Made by a program: the position numbers and the translations under genes. Source: Saccostrea echinata (lineage: Eukaryota). Taken from it: a DNA stretch of 64,000 nt. Positions within the stretch are counted from its first letter, which is position 1, and each line of letters begins with the position of its first letter. Shown one piece after another: positions 24,885 to 37,803 of this stretch. The stretch is taken from the NCBI RefSeq assembly GCF_033153115.1, contig NW_026889755.1:3224001-3288000 (forward strand), given 5' to 3'. Below the pieces are notes generated by a model. It was given only the letters and a program-made list of their open reading frames with translations. It did not search any database and was not told the origin of the DNA.

Positions 24885-25660
24885 TCATTCCAATAACAGC
24901 GTGTCAGTTTGCTTAATCGACCGTAGTAAATTTTCACAAATTGATTACCATATTACTCATGGATTGGATGTTTGATTTCAATGAAATCAATACTACTGTG
25001 CATGTGAAAGACAGAATCCAGCAATACCACTGACAATACTGACCAATCACATTGAATGGTTGTTTTCCATTACGTCATTTGTAGGAAGCAGCAACACGTG
25101 GTCAGTGAAAGCCGTTTTCTGTTCCCAAAAAAGCACTTTCATATTTGGTTGTGATTTGACCGGGTGAAGTTAATACTAGTACAAGAAAATTTAACGCATG
25201 GAATTAGTAAGGCTACTCTGCTACTATTATGCTATATAGCTAAGCAGGTTTCAAGAGAAATCTAAAGAAAAAGAAGCATTTTAGTCCTCCATCTACCGTG
25301 AAAGAAACACCAGTGATTTGTATTAATCAACAAAATTTATTAAAGCTTAATGAGTTTATCTTTCGACCGTTTCTTCCTTGTACATGTACTAAAGGTTAAA
25401 TAGCTAAACCTAATTAGGAACTATATTTCTATTACAACATGACATTATGGATATAGGAAGTAAAACTTGCTTTGCCTGTCCACGTGTAATTGTTGTTTAC
25501 TGTATACTCGTGAACAATCATTCAATACGATTGGTCAGTATTGTCAGTAGTATTGCTGGATTCTGTCTTTCAAATGCACAGTAGTATTGATTTCATTGAA
25601 ATCAAACATCCATCGATTCTACGGTCGATTTAGTAAATTGACACGCTGTTATTGGAATGA
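24885..25660. mobile_element. Foldback-type MITE with ~130-165-bp TIRs and TA TSD
   Basis: TA-TCATTCCAATAACAGCGTGTCA ... TGACACGCTGTTATTGGAATGA-TA; the arms continue (GGATGTTTGATTTCAATGAAATCAATACTACTGTGCA...) with one ~40-bp indel. Confidence 0.9.
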
Positions 25661-25865
25661 TAATCAAAAGGGGGTTGGGGGGCTGTTTTATGATAATATT
25701 GTGTGACGTAAGTTGTAACGTCTAAACTCTACCACACCTTCTTATAAACGCTATCACACCTTATAACAAACTGTTCGTGAAAAAGAATTGTATCTACTCT
25801 TTAAATTCTTTATGATGAAAAAGCATGATTGTATGGCTAAGGCTCATATAAAATCAAGCGGGGTT

Positions 25866-25903
<38 letters not shown>

Positions 25904-27449
25904 ACATGTAAATCACATGACTTTTATTTAAAAAAAATACAGATATTATTCGTATTAAAAACCACCAAACGCGATAAGCTGCCTCCTGCCTGCTTTACGG
26001 TCTTAAGCTTGAGTCGTTAAATTATATTTATGTCATTTTCTTAAATCCCAAAGCGTGAAAAAATTATTCTTTTCTTTAACCACTGAATTTTAATCCCTGT
26101 ATTATCGATCTTAGAAAGAATATTCTGTCAAACTTTTATGAACTATCTTATATAAAGCGAATTCTTTTAAACGTCTATAAGTTTTTACAAAATAACAAGT
26201 TAATTGGTTATATTAGTTTTTCACTTTTCTTTTTTTTCTGTTTCTTTTTTTTTTCGAATGTGGATGCGAATAAAAAGGAAAATTATCCGGCAATTAGTTT
26301 GATGAGATCCTAGACAATTTTATTTTCACAAGAAGTGCCCATATGTACACTTTTCAATTGGCAATCATTCGACATTTCTTAATCTGATAGAAGAGGTGCA
26401 ATCGACCGAGTGATATGTTGATTAAGAAAAGAATGACGTATTTCTATTAAAGTCATGAAAACTTTATAACTTATATCTTTTCAATATTTCTGAGACTACA
26501 TGCTTGTTTAGGTAGCAGCGATTTACTTCAAAATTAAACCAAGTAATCAAATTGATTTATATTCAAGCCTATTAGAACGGGAAAAATAACGGAGGAAGGT
26601 GTTTCTATGAGAAAAAAAGGTACATGTATATGTATTTGACTCCCTTCGCACAGCACTGCATCAGATAAACATACAGCAAGTGTCAAAGAGAAAATTTATT
26701 ATGCATACCAAAGAAATGTCCTTAATTTGGAGAAAAGAAAGGTTGAAAATTGGTACGCATATGTGCTGATAATTAAGCTTTGTTTAGAAAAACTACGAAA
26801 ATATTTACGAATTTTAATGCCTTAAATTTTTACATGCGTTTTTATTGCTGTGAAAATGTACGCACATAAGTCCTAATGGAACACGTAAAAATTAATAAAT
26901 TAGCTATACCAAAAAATATATCCTAGGCCTTATGTGCTCAATGCATGAAGAGGACTACAGTGTAAGTAGGTAAGTAAAAATATATCCGACAAAAGGTATT
27001 TCAGTCTTCTCTCAGTTGTTTTCATACCATTAAAATGGTAAAATTAAAAAAAAAAATTGAATTAATAAATAATAATAGATATATACAATGTATGTACATA
27101 GTTTATTAACTAATTAAAATAGTTATTAATGTAGCTACATATTGTATTTTGTTTTGTACATAATAGTCTGTAATTTTAAATTACCAATCGTGTATCCCAT
27201 CAGGTTATGCGCTTATCGTGTTTTTGCGATATATATGAAAGTATTATTTCATTTCTTTCTTTAAAAACATGAATAGAGGCATGGGTATTTATATTTATGT
27301 ACTTTCCTTAAAATCGGTAAAGGTATGCTGGTGACATCTATATTAGTATTATAGTGTAAAGAAAAAAACAGTAGAATTACAGTGCAAAGGAAAAACAAAC
27401 AGCTTATAGAAACTGAAATTAATATAACTAAAGTTGTTTTCGTTTTAAG

Positions 27450-27686
27450 TTGATTTAGCACATGGTAAAACTTCCTATCAGACTCTAAGTGCTCCTTTGG
27501 ATCCACAAGACCCAACTCGGTTTATTTCAAGCAATGCAGTTGATAGAGACCCATCCTCCTGCACACGGAACTATGAAATAGGACGAACCTCCCCACACAC
27601 AAGTGTACTTTGGAGAGTTAACTTGGGTGATATCTACAGTATTTACAGTATCAGGATACTTTTCAAAGACTATGGCTCAGTATACG
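27450..27686 (+). CDS. Gene B exon: first half of the F-type lectin/galactose-binding-like domain
   Basis: ttttaag| ... |gtatat, 237 nt, phase 1-1; DLAHGKTSYQT...SSNAVDRDPSSCTRN...LWRVNLGDIYSIYSIRILFKDYGSVY, which fits the NLA/AVD/WxVDLG pattern of F5/8-type-C/FTP folds. Confidence 0.88.
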
Positions 27687-29038
27687 GTATATGTTTTTTT
27701 ATATATAAATCATAAGCTTTTACCTAGTCTCTGATGTTTGTCTTCATTGATTCCATATTTTTGTGATTTTAAAAAAATAAATATCAAATTAATCAAAGTT
27801 AAAACTATAATGAATGAAAAAAAAACTAACGATTACCTTGTGTTGTGCGTTCCAAATAATTTACAAATAACGGAAGAGAACCTATTTAGATTATTTCCAT
27901 TAAAAACTATAGTTTCTCTTTTTTCTTTTTCTTTTCTTTCTTTTTTTGGGTTATTTTAGTCATACAAAAGCTAAAAATACAAACTTCAAGTGATGTGGTC
28001 ATTAGTTTTGGGAATATCCAGAAAAGGTGCTTGCTAAAAAGTTTCCTTTGTAAAAGTTGTGATGATTCCAATTATTAAAATTTATTTACTTGCACCATAT
28101 GTCCTATTTCAGACATCAGTGTACGCAACGTAGTTTGAACTTTATTGCCCTTTTCCCTGGAGTTGAAGAGTTCCAATACTTAAAGAAATTGTGTGCTACA
28201 TTTTAATGTCTATATATGCTGTTGTACACTTCTTCTAAAACAAGTTTGGGTGAAAAAAACATTTAGAATATATGTATAGTAATTTTTGTATATTTTTCTT
28301 TGAATTATACAAGAATTTTTATCAATTGATATATTTCAAAACCCCTGGTAATGCAGGCTGATTTTTTTGTCTTCGAACATCTGATGACACTATATTTTTA
28401 AATTAAGAATATCTTGAAAAATTATCAGTAGGTAAGGTACGTTGCGTATGTCCTTAAGTAGAGACTTAGTGCTTTCATTTCCTATGAAAATGGTTTCCTC
28501 TGAAATTCCAGGTATTGAAAATAGGCTTTGTGAATTTGCAATTTTCTAATTTTTTTCAGGAAACAGGTGTATTCGAGTACCTCCAGGAAAAAATTAAGAC
28601 ATGAGCACCCTCTCCTAAAAATAAAATTTGTTTTGTAATCTTCAGAAACAGTTCTATCATTACATGATTGCACACTTTGGATCAAAGGTTGTGCTCTATA
28701 CAAAATATTGAAAAGCGCCTTGGAAATTTGGTCATTTCTGAAGAAATTTTCAGGAAATGGGAATGTTGACGGAATTAATGACATTATGTATTGACGAGTG
28801 AGAAAATTGCGTCATTTACAATAGAAATGCTTTCGACAAGGGCCAAAGTGATATTTGATGCACTGTCAGCTAAAACTAAGCAATTTTGATTTTTCAGAAA
28901 TTCACAGGGCCTAAAATATAGCTGCCTAAACTTTTAATAGACATTCAAGGAGCTAATAATGTCAACGCCTGTCATGACACATGACCTAGGTTTATGAATT
29001 TTCATCCGAAAAAGCCACAATTTTCTCACGAAAGTATC

Positions 29039-29381
29039 ACCGTTCACAGTAGCTCAGTCGGTGGAGCGCTCGCTCCGTGATCGGGAGGTCGTGAGTTCGA
29101 ATCTCGGCCGCGACTGACCTAAGTCGATAAAAAAATGGGTAGCAATTTTTCCTTCGCCATGCGCTCGGCACTTTGAAGTGAAAGTTGCTGGTCCTTCGTA
29201 TGTTACCTTAAAAACTGAGGTCCCGTGTCACGGCAGGCGTTGGCACGATAAAGACCCCTCACTACTCAATGGCCCTGAGTGCCGAATAAAGGTCGAAATT
29301 TGAAGCCCTTCACCGGTCTATGGTGACGTCTCTTTATGTGTAAAAAATTCTCGAATGGGCGGTAAAACAACATACAATCAA
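29039..29381 (+). mobile_element. Full-length tRNA-derived SINE
   Basis: A box TAGCTCAGTCGG, B box AGTTCGAATC, core AAACTGAGGTCCCGTGTC and a CAAT tail; 13-bp TSD tca(c/t)gaaagta(t/c)c. Confidence 0.9.
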
Positions 29382-30155
29382 TCATGAAAGTACCGTGCGT
29401 TTTACAAAAAGCAGTTACGTCATATTTTTATTGACTGAGGTTTGTTGAAGAGACCCTCACAAAGCATGCTGTCTGTCAAATATTGAACGGTCTCCAAAAT
29501 GAGAACAAATTGTTTGGGGGGAAATCTTATTTCGCTTTTTTCTTTCCAGACAGGTAACATTAATTTCGTTTGGAGAAAATGACGTAAAATCGTTCGTATG
29601 GGACATCTTAAATACGTTAGATCACAGACGAAAATGAAAAAAAAAACTGTCCCTCATCCTCCTCTTTCTCTTTATTACATTTCTCTGTAACATGCACTTC
29701 ACATTTCCACACTTAAAATTCGTATCGAATTTTGTTTAAATGTAAGGAAATTTATATTTATCCAATAATAGCTTGTGCATGTAATGAATGATGGTATAGA
29801 ATATTCGATCTAATGTAAAATTTAAAGCGCTAACTTACTTCACTGTTAAATATTCAAATCGATGAAATTGTAGTATTTTCTATTTATCAAGTTAAAGCAA
29901 GGCTTAAAATACACTTGCCAAGGACGCAGTCAATCGGATAAAGTAATACCATGACTATTCTTAGTGTTAATAGGCGATAATACTCCTACTTTGTATTGCT
30001 AGCATGTTTGTCATCGGCTACGATATTAAAATGAAAAAGTAGCATTATGATGGTTTAGGAATTATTGACTGCTTGATTTCCTGGTAGTAGTAGAGATTTG
30101 TTTATGCATATAGCAGATAAATCACATTAATTCTTATTTTAAACAAATTCTTCAG

Positions 30156-30395
30156 AGAAGCGACAAAGAGGACGATTTGCGGGATTTTCCATTCATATTT
30201 CAAACTCCACCGATAGAGACAATTGGTTTCTTTGTTACAAGGACAAGTCTGGGTTACCCCCCTTGGATTTCAGTACCACATGCATGAAACATGGTCGTTA
30301 CGTCATTTATTACAATGAAAGATTAAAGAACATTACCTATCCTGTTGGTTACCAAACTACAATCATAACAGAGTTATGCGAAGTGATAGTGCATG
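30156..30395 (+). CDS. Gene B exon: second half of the lectin-like domain
   Basis: ttcag| ... |gtaagc, 240 nt, phase 1-1; KRQRGRFAGFSIHISNSTDRDNWFLCYKDKSGLPPLDFSTTCMKHGRYVIYYNERLKNITYPVGYQTTIITELCEVIVHG (GRYV and LCEVxV motifs). Confidence 0.92.
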
Positions 30396-30442
30396 GTAAG
30401 CAACTTCCTGTACGTCTGTCTTGTTGATGGTTTGTAAGTATT

Positions 30443-30466
30443 TGCGTGGACCCTGAGGTCCACGCA
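30443..30466. repeat. GC-rich 10-bp-stem hairpin, probable end of a rolling-circle-type repeat
   Basis: TGCGTGGACC-CTGA-GGTCCACGCA; the element assignment is inference only. Confidence 0.5.
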
Positions 30467-32516
30467 GAAAATATATAAGCGGGGTTTAACCGGATGCCAT
30501 GGGCTTACGTCAGGCTACGCCTGCGCAAGAATGCTAGAGAGTCTCTAAAACAACTTAATTGCCCTTAGAACAATTCGCCCTTTACGAATTAGAATATGCG
30601 AATCATTGGCAAACCTCGCTCTAAAATCTGCACATCGTATTTATGTATTCTTTGGCGTAACCAAGATCCGAATTTCTCTTTTATACATATATCCTTATAA
30701 ACAAACTAAATTCTATGGTACAAGCATTTTAAATAAGTAGGAAGAACTTATATAGATAACTTAACAGCTTGAACATTGTTGAACTACTAGGCTTTAAAAG
30801 CTAGTTTTTACCATGTTAACCGGCATTAGTTTTGTGCATCAAGGTTCGCAAATTAAATTAATAGACAGCAATCCAAATATAGCTTGATAAAGGCCTGTAG
30901 CAACGTGTTTCCATGTGGGGGAGAGGGAGAAACATAAAAAAAAATCTGCGTACTACAAATCTGTGCTACACGTGTACCATCTTAGAATGTCATCCGGATA
31001 AATCTAGTACAGATGTCAACATGGTCAAGTCCCAGCCGTTATTGGTTACATGTATCGAAATAGCCCGATTTTTTTAATGACAAAACTATAGACCATACAA
31101 TCGGGGATAAAATTTAACAATTTTGCTATGATAGTACAACCACTCAAAGTAGACAGATCAATGTAGAAAATGTTAACGAAAGGATAACCTGTGCCATTTT
31201 TCAGAGTAACCAATGAACTCGTCTATGGATGCTTTGACGGCCGTGTTAACAAGAATAGATGTGGGTTACTCCGTATCCAAGATATTCGACTTTTAATTTA
31301 CTCCAATTTTCACTAGAAAAAAAAAAACTGCACATGTTATGAAACTGGTGTATAGTTCTTCATGTCCGTAGCAAATACTGTCACAAGTCTAAGTGTCACT
31401 AGAAAACAGTGAACACACCTGTGCTTGCAAGACCAAATAGCCTAGGTCTACACACGTGCGATGAGATCTTCTCAGACCTTTCTGGCGAGCTCGGAAAAAC
31501 ACGACGTTGTTTTGCCGAGAAGTTACGATTGCATATGTTAATTATTCCGTTATTTAAAAAGAGACAGAGGGAAAAAAACACACACAAAATTAACCTTTTT
31601 CGGATTTTAAATTGATCGAGTTAATCGATAACCTAGCATCGCTTTAGATAACTCGAGTGCCGAGACCCTCTAGTTCTCCAGGGTGGGTTTTTTTCTCACA
31701 CCGCATACAGGCACTGAAATTCAAGCCCGTAGCAACGGTTTTCAAAGGGGGCAACCTCCAAAAAGAGTTGACAAGCAAAAATGAATAAATAAATAAATAA
31801 AATAAAAATAACAACCTGTGCACCACACTGTAAAATCCTATTTCGGGGGGGGGGGGGGGGGGATAGGCTTCGCCTAACTTTTAGGTACATTTTGATTTCT
31901 TTTAAATGTTTGACTTTCCGTATTTTGAACCTTCCCGCAACAAAAAGTGCGGGAGAGCTTCCAATGCAAATCAAAACTAATAATATATTAAAATTATAAC
32001 AAAAGATTACTTTTTAAAGAAAAAGTGAGCCCCCCTCCCCCACATACTACGGGGACATTTTGAACCTTTCTCTTCGTTGCTTAAAATATCCCCATAATAT
32101 AAGGAGATAAATATTCTCTTCTGGCTATGCACACTTTTTAAAGTTTGTTACTTTAGAAGATGGACCAAAAATGGCATAGCCGTACGTTCGCCGGAATCTT
32201 CCGATGATAACAAAGTGAAATCTTTCATGTTACGTGTGAGTGGTCGAGGCCCGGGGCCGGGGTTGTGAAGGTACACGGAGGAAAGCAATAAGCAAAACGC
32301 TATCTAGAGAGCAGAAAGGGCAGAGATTGAAGTACTTATTTTATTTAAGATAGTAGCCTAAAAATATCTATATTACATAAAAAACATTCTCTCTCTCTAC
32401 CTCTTTCTGCAAAAATAAAGGGGGTTCCAACACCCGCAACCCCTCCCTCCCTGGATCCGCCAATGGAGTTAAAATTCAACCATTACGATACCTGCACGCT
32501 TAAGCCTCTTTTAATT

Positions 32517-35500
32517 CAATCTGATTAAAATCAGATCTTTGTTACGCTCTGAAATTCTGATGGTCGCTGTACAAAGATCTGAAGACATCCCATTGAGGGT
32601 CCTGTCAGAATGAACTTTGTATAAAGTTCACGACCTTATACTAGCCAATGAAAATTTATCTCTTCCGCCAATCAATGATCGGGATATATAAGGGGTATGG
32701 TCATAGCGTAAACATGGCGAAATAAGAACGAAGTGGGTGAAGTGCAGATCGGTTCTTTGTATAAAATGAAATAGCGAGTTAATTATGTTTCATGTACAAG
32801 CAGAAATGCAGAATTCTACTTCCGATTGGTTATGGGATGTCACTCTCTCAGCTGTTGCAAGTCTATGGCGTGTTGTCCCGTTGTGACACTCAAGACGGAG
32901 CACCAGACAGGTGACAGGTCAACAAAATATTTTATCGAGGTAATGATGATAAAGGTCAATCTAGAAAATCTCACACGAATTTTTTTAAATAATATATATT
33001 GATCTACGGGCTTTACCTGAATCTTGGGGATTGTCCGATGTCAAAGGCAGTCATAAGTGAAAAGAACATATTGCATTTTAAAAACAAAGTGAATGTTGAC
33101 ACAAGTTACAAGTTGCATTTAGACTAGCATTTTCATAAAAAACAAGGTATCTTACACACAATAAATGTAGCATTAAAAAGAAAAATGTTATGTTTCTGAT
33201 TAAATTTCATTAATTATGATACTTGATTTGTAGTTCAATCTTATTTTTATAGTTCTTCTCACATGTATTCATTCTTTGTCTGGTGTGTATACATTACCAC
33301 CATAATCCTTTTTTTGCACCACTGTCCCATAGGGCCTGTCAGTCAATAAAAATTGCAGACCCCCTCCCTAAAATTCTAAACCCCCCTGGCACATCAAAAC
33401 ATTTTTGAACTTTCATTGTTTAGCATACACAACATGTCAGAGCTTTCTAATTAAAATTTACATACTTTGTTCAAAATTCTTTAAGATTTCCTGCAACACT
33501 GCTCCATCAAACAAATCCTTTCTATGTGTTACTTTCTAAAATAATCCCAAGAATTTATCCCTTCCAGCAGCTTAAATTATTCACCTCTGTTTATATTTAC
33601 AGCTAAACATACATGGCATAAAAGACACTAAAGATTGTTATACTTATTTCTGATTACAAATAAAAATAGTTATTGCTGTTGTTGAAAATAATATTTGTAG
33701 CATCCATTTCAACCCCCATCATTTACTTGTTTTTCATTGTTTCAGGGAGCAGCGAAAATGATGACAGACCCTGCCAGGCTCTGGTTTTTCAAACTAAACC
33801 CATTGATATTCAAAACCATTTCTGTACTCAAACATTATTCCTGTGTTCTCACATACCACGGAAGACAATGAACAAGAAAGTTGTTATACCTGTATTGTGC
33901 ATGTTTTCCCCCATTTTAAGCTTGGTGGACTGTCAGGAGAACTATTGTCATATCAATCAAAGTATATCTATAGACAGTGGTAAAAAGTTAGACAGTAGCA
34001 AAAAGTTAAAGTTGTTTATTTTCAAGAAACTCCAATTTGTATTAAAACAGACTTGCATCAATGAACATTCATTGTTTAGAATACATTCTACAATCATCAC
34101 ACATGTCCAATGGGAACTGGAGAGACAAGTATGCAATAAAAGAAAGTATACAATTTGCATTTTTTTTTTGAAATATATAATTGTAATAAAAAGTTTTATG
34201 AATTATGTTTATCATTACTTATTTAATATTATAAAATTCAGGACTATAATGGCTGCTGACACTGGTGTGATGATTTTCTTTTCATTTTAATCAGAGACAG
34301 CTAATGAAAACACATTCAAAATTTCAAGACAATGAGGGCATACATATTTTTTACTGCTTCAAAGTAAAGATCATTATGTCTTTATGTTCCTTTTTTTCAT
34401 AGGAAGGAATGCTGTCTTTTCTAACTCAGCTTTTCTACTTTTCTTCTTGAACCAGATGTAGACCACTGATACAGGAAATAGAGGATACTGTGTTTTCATT
34501 TCCCACACAATGGCACTGTATACAGTATTTTGGAGAGCAGAGGTTAACATGGCAGACTTTTCTCCACAAAAATAATGCACAGTGTCAGTCACCTAAAAAA
34601 TTTATACATTCTACGTTATTTCAAGGAACATTCAGCATGTACAATGTATTTAAATTTGCAGGTTAAATTAATAACATACCTTACACCCAGTTAGCATGAT
34701 ATTTAAACAAAAAGTGTGGGTGTGATACAAATGCCCCACCAGGATCCATGTTTTAAATACTTAAATGTACCTCAAGGATGTGAAAATAATGAACGTAGAT
34801 GAGACAAAAGTAGAATATATCATTTTGCTGCTCTTATTTTCTTGGGTCATTTCCTGACTTATAATTTACAAGGACATCATAAAACTATCGTGACAGAAAA
34901 GTGGTAACATAGTCACTGTGGAGGCTAAGAGAATACAAATTTACTTAATATCTTGTCAATGAGTCACATAAAAGTAAGGTCATTTTTAAGTGTGTGTGTG
35001 TGTTTGTTTTAACTCCACAGAACAGGGAAAAAAACAAAATCAGGAGTTCTGAAATTGATTCTTTTGGTTGGAATGGCCTAATTGATATATCAATTTTAAG
35101 ACTTTACAAATGATAAGTAGGTGTATGTGAAAAATTATTACATTTTATAGTATGTGCACCACAAACCTTCCAGTCCTTTCAGAAATTCTTGCAGGCATGG
35201 TGATAAGTCAGCTAATGTGTCACTTACAACATTAATAATAACAAACATGAATTAAACAAACAATATGTAAGTTTAAAGTACTTTCTATTTCAATTTGAAT
35301 TTGTTAGGATGAGATTAATTAAAGAATGAGAATGGGGTAAGAATTACAAAAACAGAAGTAAAAAAAAATTAAAAGCTTGCACATTTTTTTTTTGTTATGA
35401 AGTTTTATCTTTAGGGGTGACTGTTGTGTCATTATAATAGGAAGTACGTGTATTTAATCATCAAAACAACCGAGGTGATTTAGATGATGTACATGCAAGC

Positions 35501-36011
35501 TTTAACAGCTGTTTAGACAATTTTGTGAACTCTGTAATCGTAACTCATACGAAAAAAATTTCAACATTAAACTTACATTTCCATCGTAGATCTGACACCT
35601 GATCTGAAGTTTTCTCGCATTGTTTTTGGAATCATGACCATCTCAAATTTTCTGCAAACTTTCAGAGTCGGAGGGAACACACACATATTGCACATCTATT
35701 AAAATCTTCCGTATGGTCACTTTTCCTCCACTGTTTATATTTGTTTGCATCCATATCGATCAATAAACAACGCAAATGTTGCTCAGATGAAAAATTTCAA
35801 CAATGTCATGGGCGCCGCCATTGCGTATTTTCGGAACTCGTTTTCTTCGGAATGTTTCGCGTAAAGCACATCCAAAGAATCTGCCAACGGCGTTTTCATT
35901 GGATAATCCAAAGTTCATTCTGACGTGACCCTCAATGGGATGTCTTCAGATCTTTGTACAGCGACCATCAGAATTTCGGAGCGTAACAAAGATCTGATTT
36001 TAATCAAATTG
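32517..36011. mobile_element. 3.5-kb DNA transposon derivative with ~100-bp TIRs and a perfect 9-bp TSD
   Basis: TIRs CAATCTGATTAAAATCAGATCTTTGTTACGCTC... (32517-32619 and 35909-36011); CTTTTAATT is duplicated at 32508-32516 and 36012-36020. No intact transposase ORF. Confidence 0.92.
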
Positions 36012-36140
36012 CTTTTAATTCTGTTGTTAATTTTAAAGGCTACATTACAATTGTGATAGATACCTAGATCAACATTTCATATTCATATCATTTTTTATCA
36101 TAACAGCCTAATTAAGCAGACTTAAAAAATGATGCACCAC

Positions 36141-36612
36141 ATGTGCACCACAAACCTTCCAGTCCTTTCAGAAATTCTTGCAGGCATGGTGATAAGTCAG
36201 CTAATGTGTCACCTATAACATTAATAATAACAAACATGAATTAAACAAACAATATGTAAGTTTAAAGTACTTTCTATTTCAATTTGAATTTGTTAGGATG
36301 AGATTAATTAAAGATTGAGAATGGGGTAAGAATTACAAAAACAGAAGTAAAAAAAAATAAAAGCTTGCACATTTTTTTTGTTATGAAGTTTTATCTTTAG
36401 GGGTGACTGTTGTGTCATTATAATAGGAAGTACGTGTATTTAATCATCAAGACAACCGAGGTGATTTAAATGACGCAAATGCAAGCTTTAACAGCTGTTT
36501 AGACAATTTTGTGAACTCTGTAATCGTAACTCATACGAAAAAAATTTCAACATTAAACTTACATTTCCATCGTAGATCTGACACCTGATCTGAAGTTTTC
36601 TCGCATTGTTTT
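36141..36612 (+). repeat. Near-identical copy of 35152-35625 flanked by a ~44-bp direct duplication
   Basis: Direct sequence match. The flank TTTTTTATCAT(A/T)ACAGCCTA(A/G)TTAAGCAGACTTAAAAA(A)TGATG occurs at 36091-36134 and ~36633-36675. Confidence 0.92.
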
Positions 36613-37763
36613 CGGCAAACTTCGACAATTTTTTTTTTATCATTACAGCCTAGTTAAGCAGACTTAAAAATGATGAAAATTACAAGATACATGTACAAAA
36701 AATAAATTTAATTACACCTTTGTAAAATCACTAAATCTAGAAATTTCTTTAAATTTCGTTTAGAAACACATGGATATGATCCACGTATTGTAGTCCTTTT
36801 TTTAAAGGACAGCAACTTTTTTTTAATATGTTGATAAGAAAAATAAACGCAGATATTGATACACTAAACTGAATTTTTTCAGTAGCAAAAGCTCTTTAAT
36901 TAAGCAAATAGGTGAGCTTCAGATTATATTTTTTTCATAAAATACACTCGTAGTTGGCCCAAAGGGGTCCTTTATTAGGTTAGTTTTCGTGTTTGCTAAA
37001 AGTCTAAGCTTTGCTTGCTCACATCCAAAATCCTTTTAATTTTTTTTATACAATACAATCCATTACCGCATGTTTCGCTCCATCGTTCCATCAAATCTAA
37101 AATTTACAAATGAGGTACGAGTGTAAATATGTGCATTTATTTTCTTAATTCGAAGCTTTCAACTTAATCTTTTCTTTGTGAGACAATTGTGATCAGACAA
37201 AGCTGACAGGATAATATAGAATGGGTTTTTTAACACTTTTGGATAAAATATATAAAAGTTACCTTTATTGTTGTGGACTGCCTTATTTATGGATCAATAA
37301 AAAAAATAGCTTTAACTGGCTTACTTCAATTATTAAAGATATAGTAAGAAACCAATTTGTGCAAAAATGGATTTCTTGTAGTATTGTCGATAACTCACCT
37401 GATTGTATAAATTACAGAATTTTCAAAAAGAAAATTTGATCTCAAAAGTTATCTGTAGAGTGTAGCTTAAGATTTACAAATTACACTCACAAAACAACAA
37501 ACATGCTAGTTCATCTTCCGACTGAAATGTGCAGGGGAAATAATTTTGGTAGAAATTTAAAAACATGTACAATGTTTAATTGTTATAGTATCGGTGATGG
37601 AATTCCTTATATTATGAAGTGCATTTATTTTTCAAACGACAGGAAAATGATTCTCCAGTAAAGAACTAATGAACGCAAGCGATATAGATACTTAAAAAAT
37701 ATCAAAGTTTATGTTAAACAAAAAACTGACTGCGCTTATTGAACCCACTATAACTGATTGTAC

Positions 37764-37803
<40 letters not shown>

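Noticed and set aside
28433-29611. Possible Kolobok-like MITE around the 29039 SINE
   Set aside because: The putative TIRs match poorly and the left TTAA is not intact, so the boundaries cannot be supported.
33673-34290. 205-aa ORF inside the 9-bp-TSD element
   Set aside because: Non-ATG start, AT-rich composition and no recognisable domain; probably a chance ORF in a decayed transposon.
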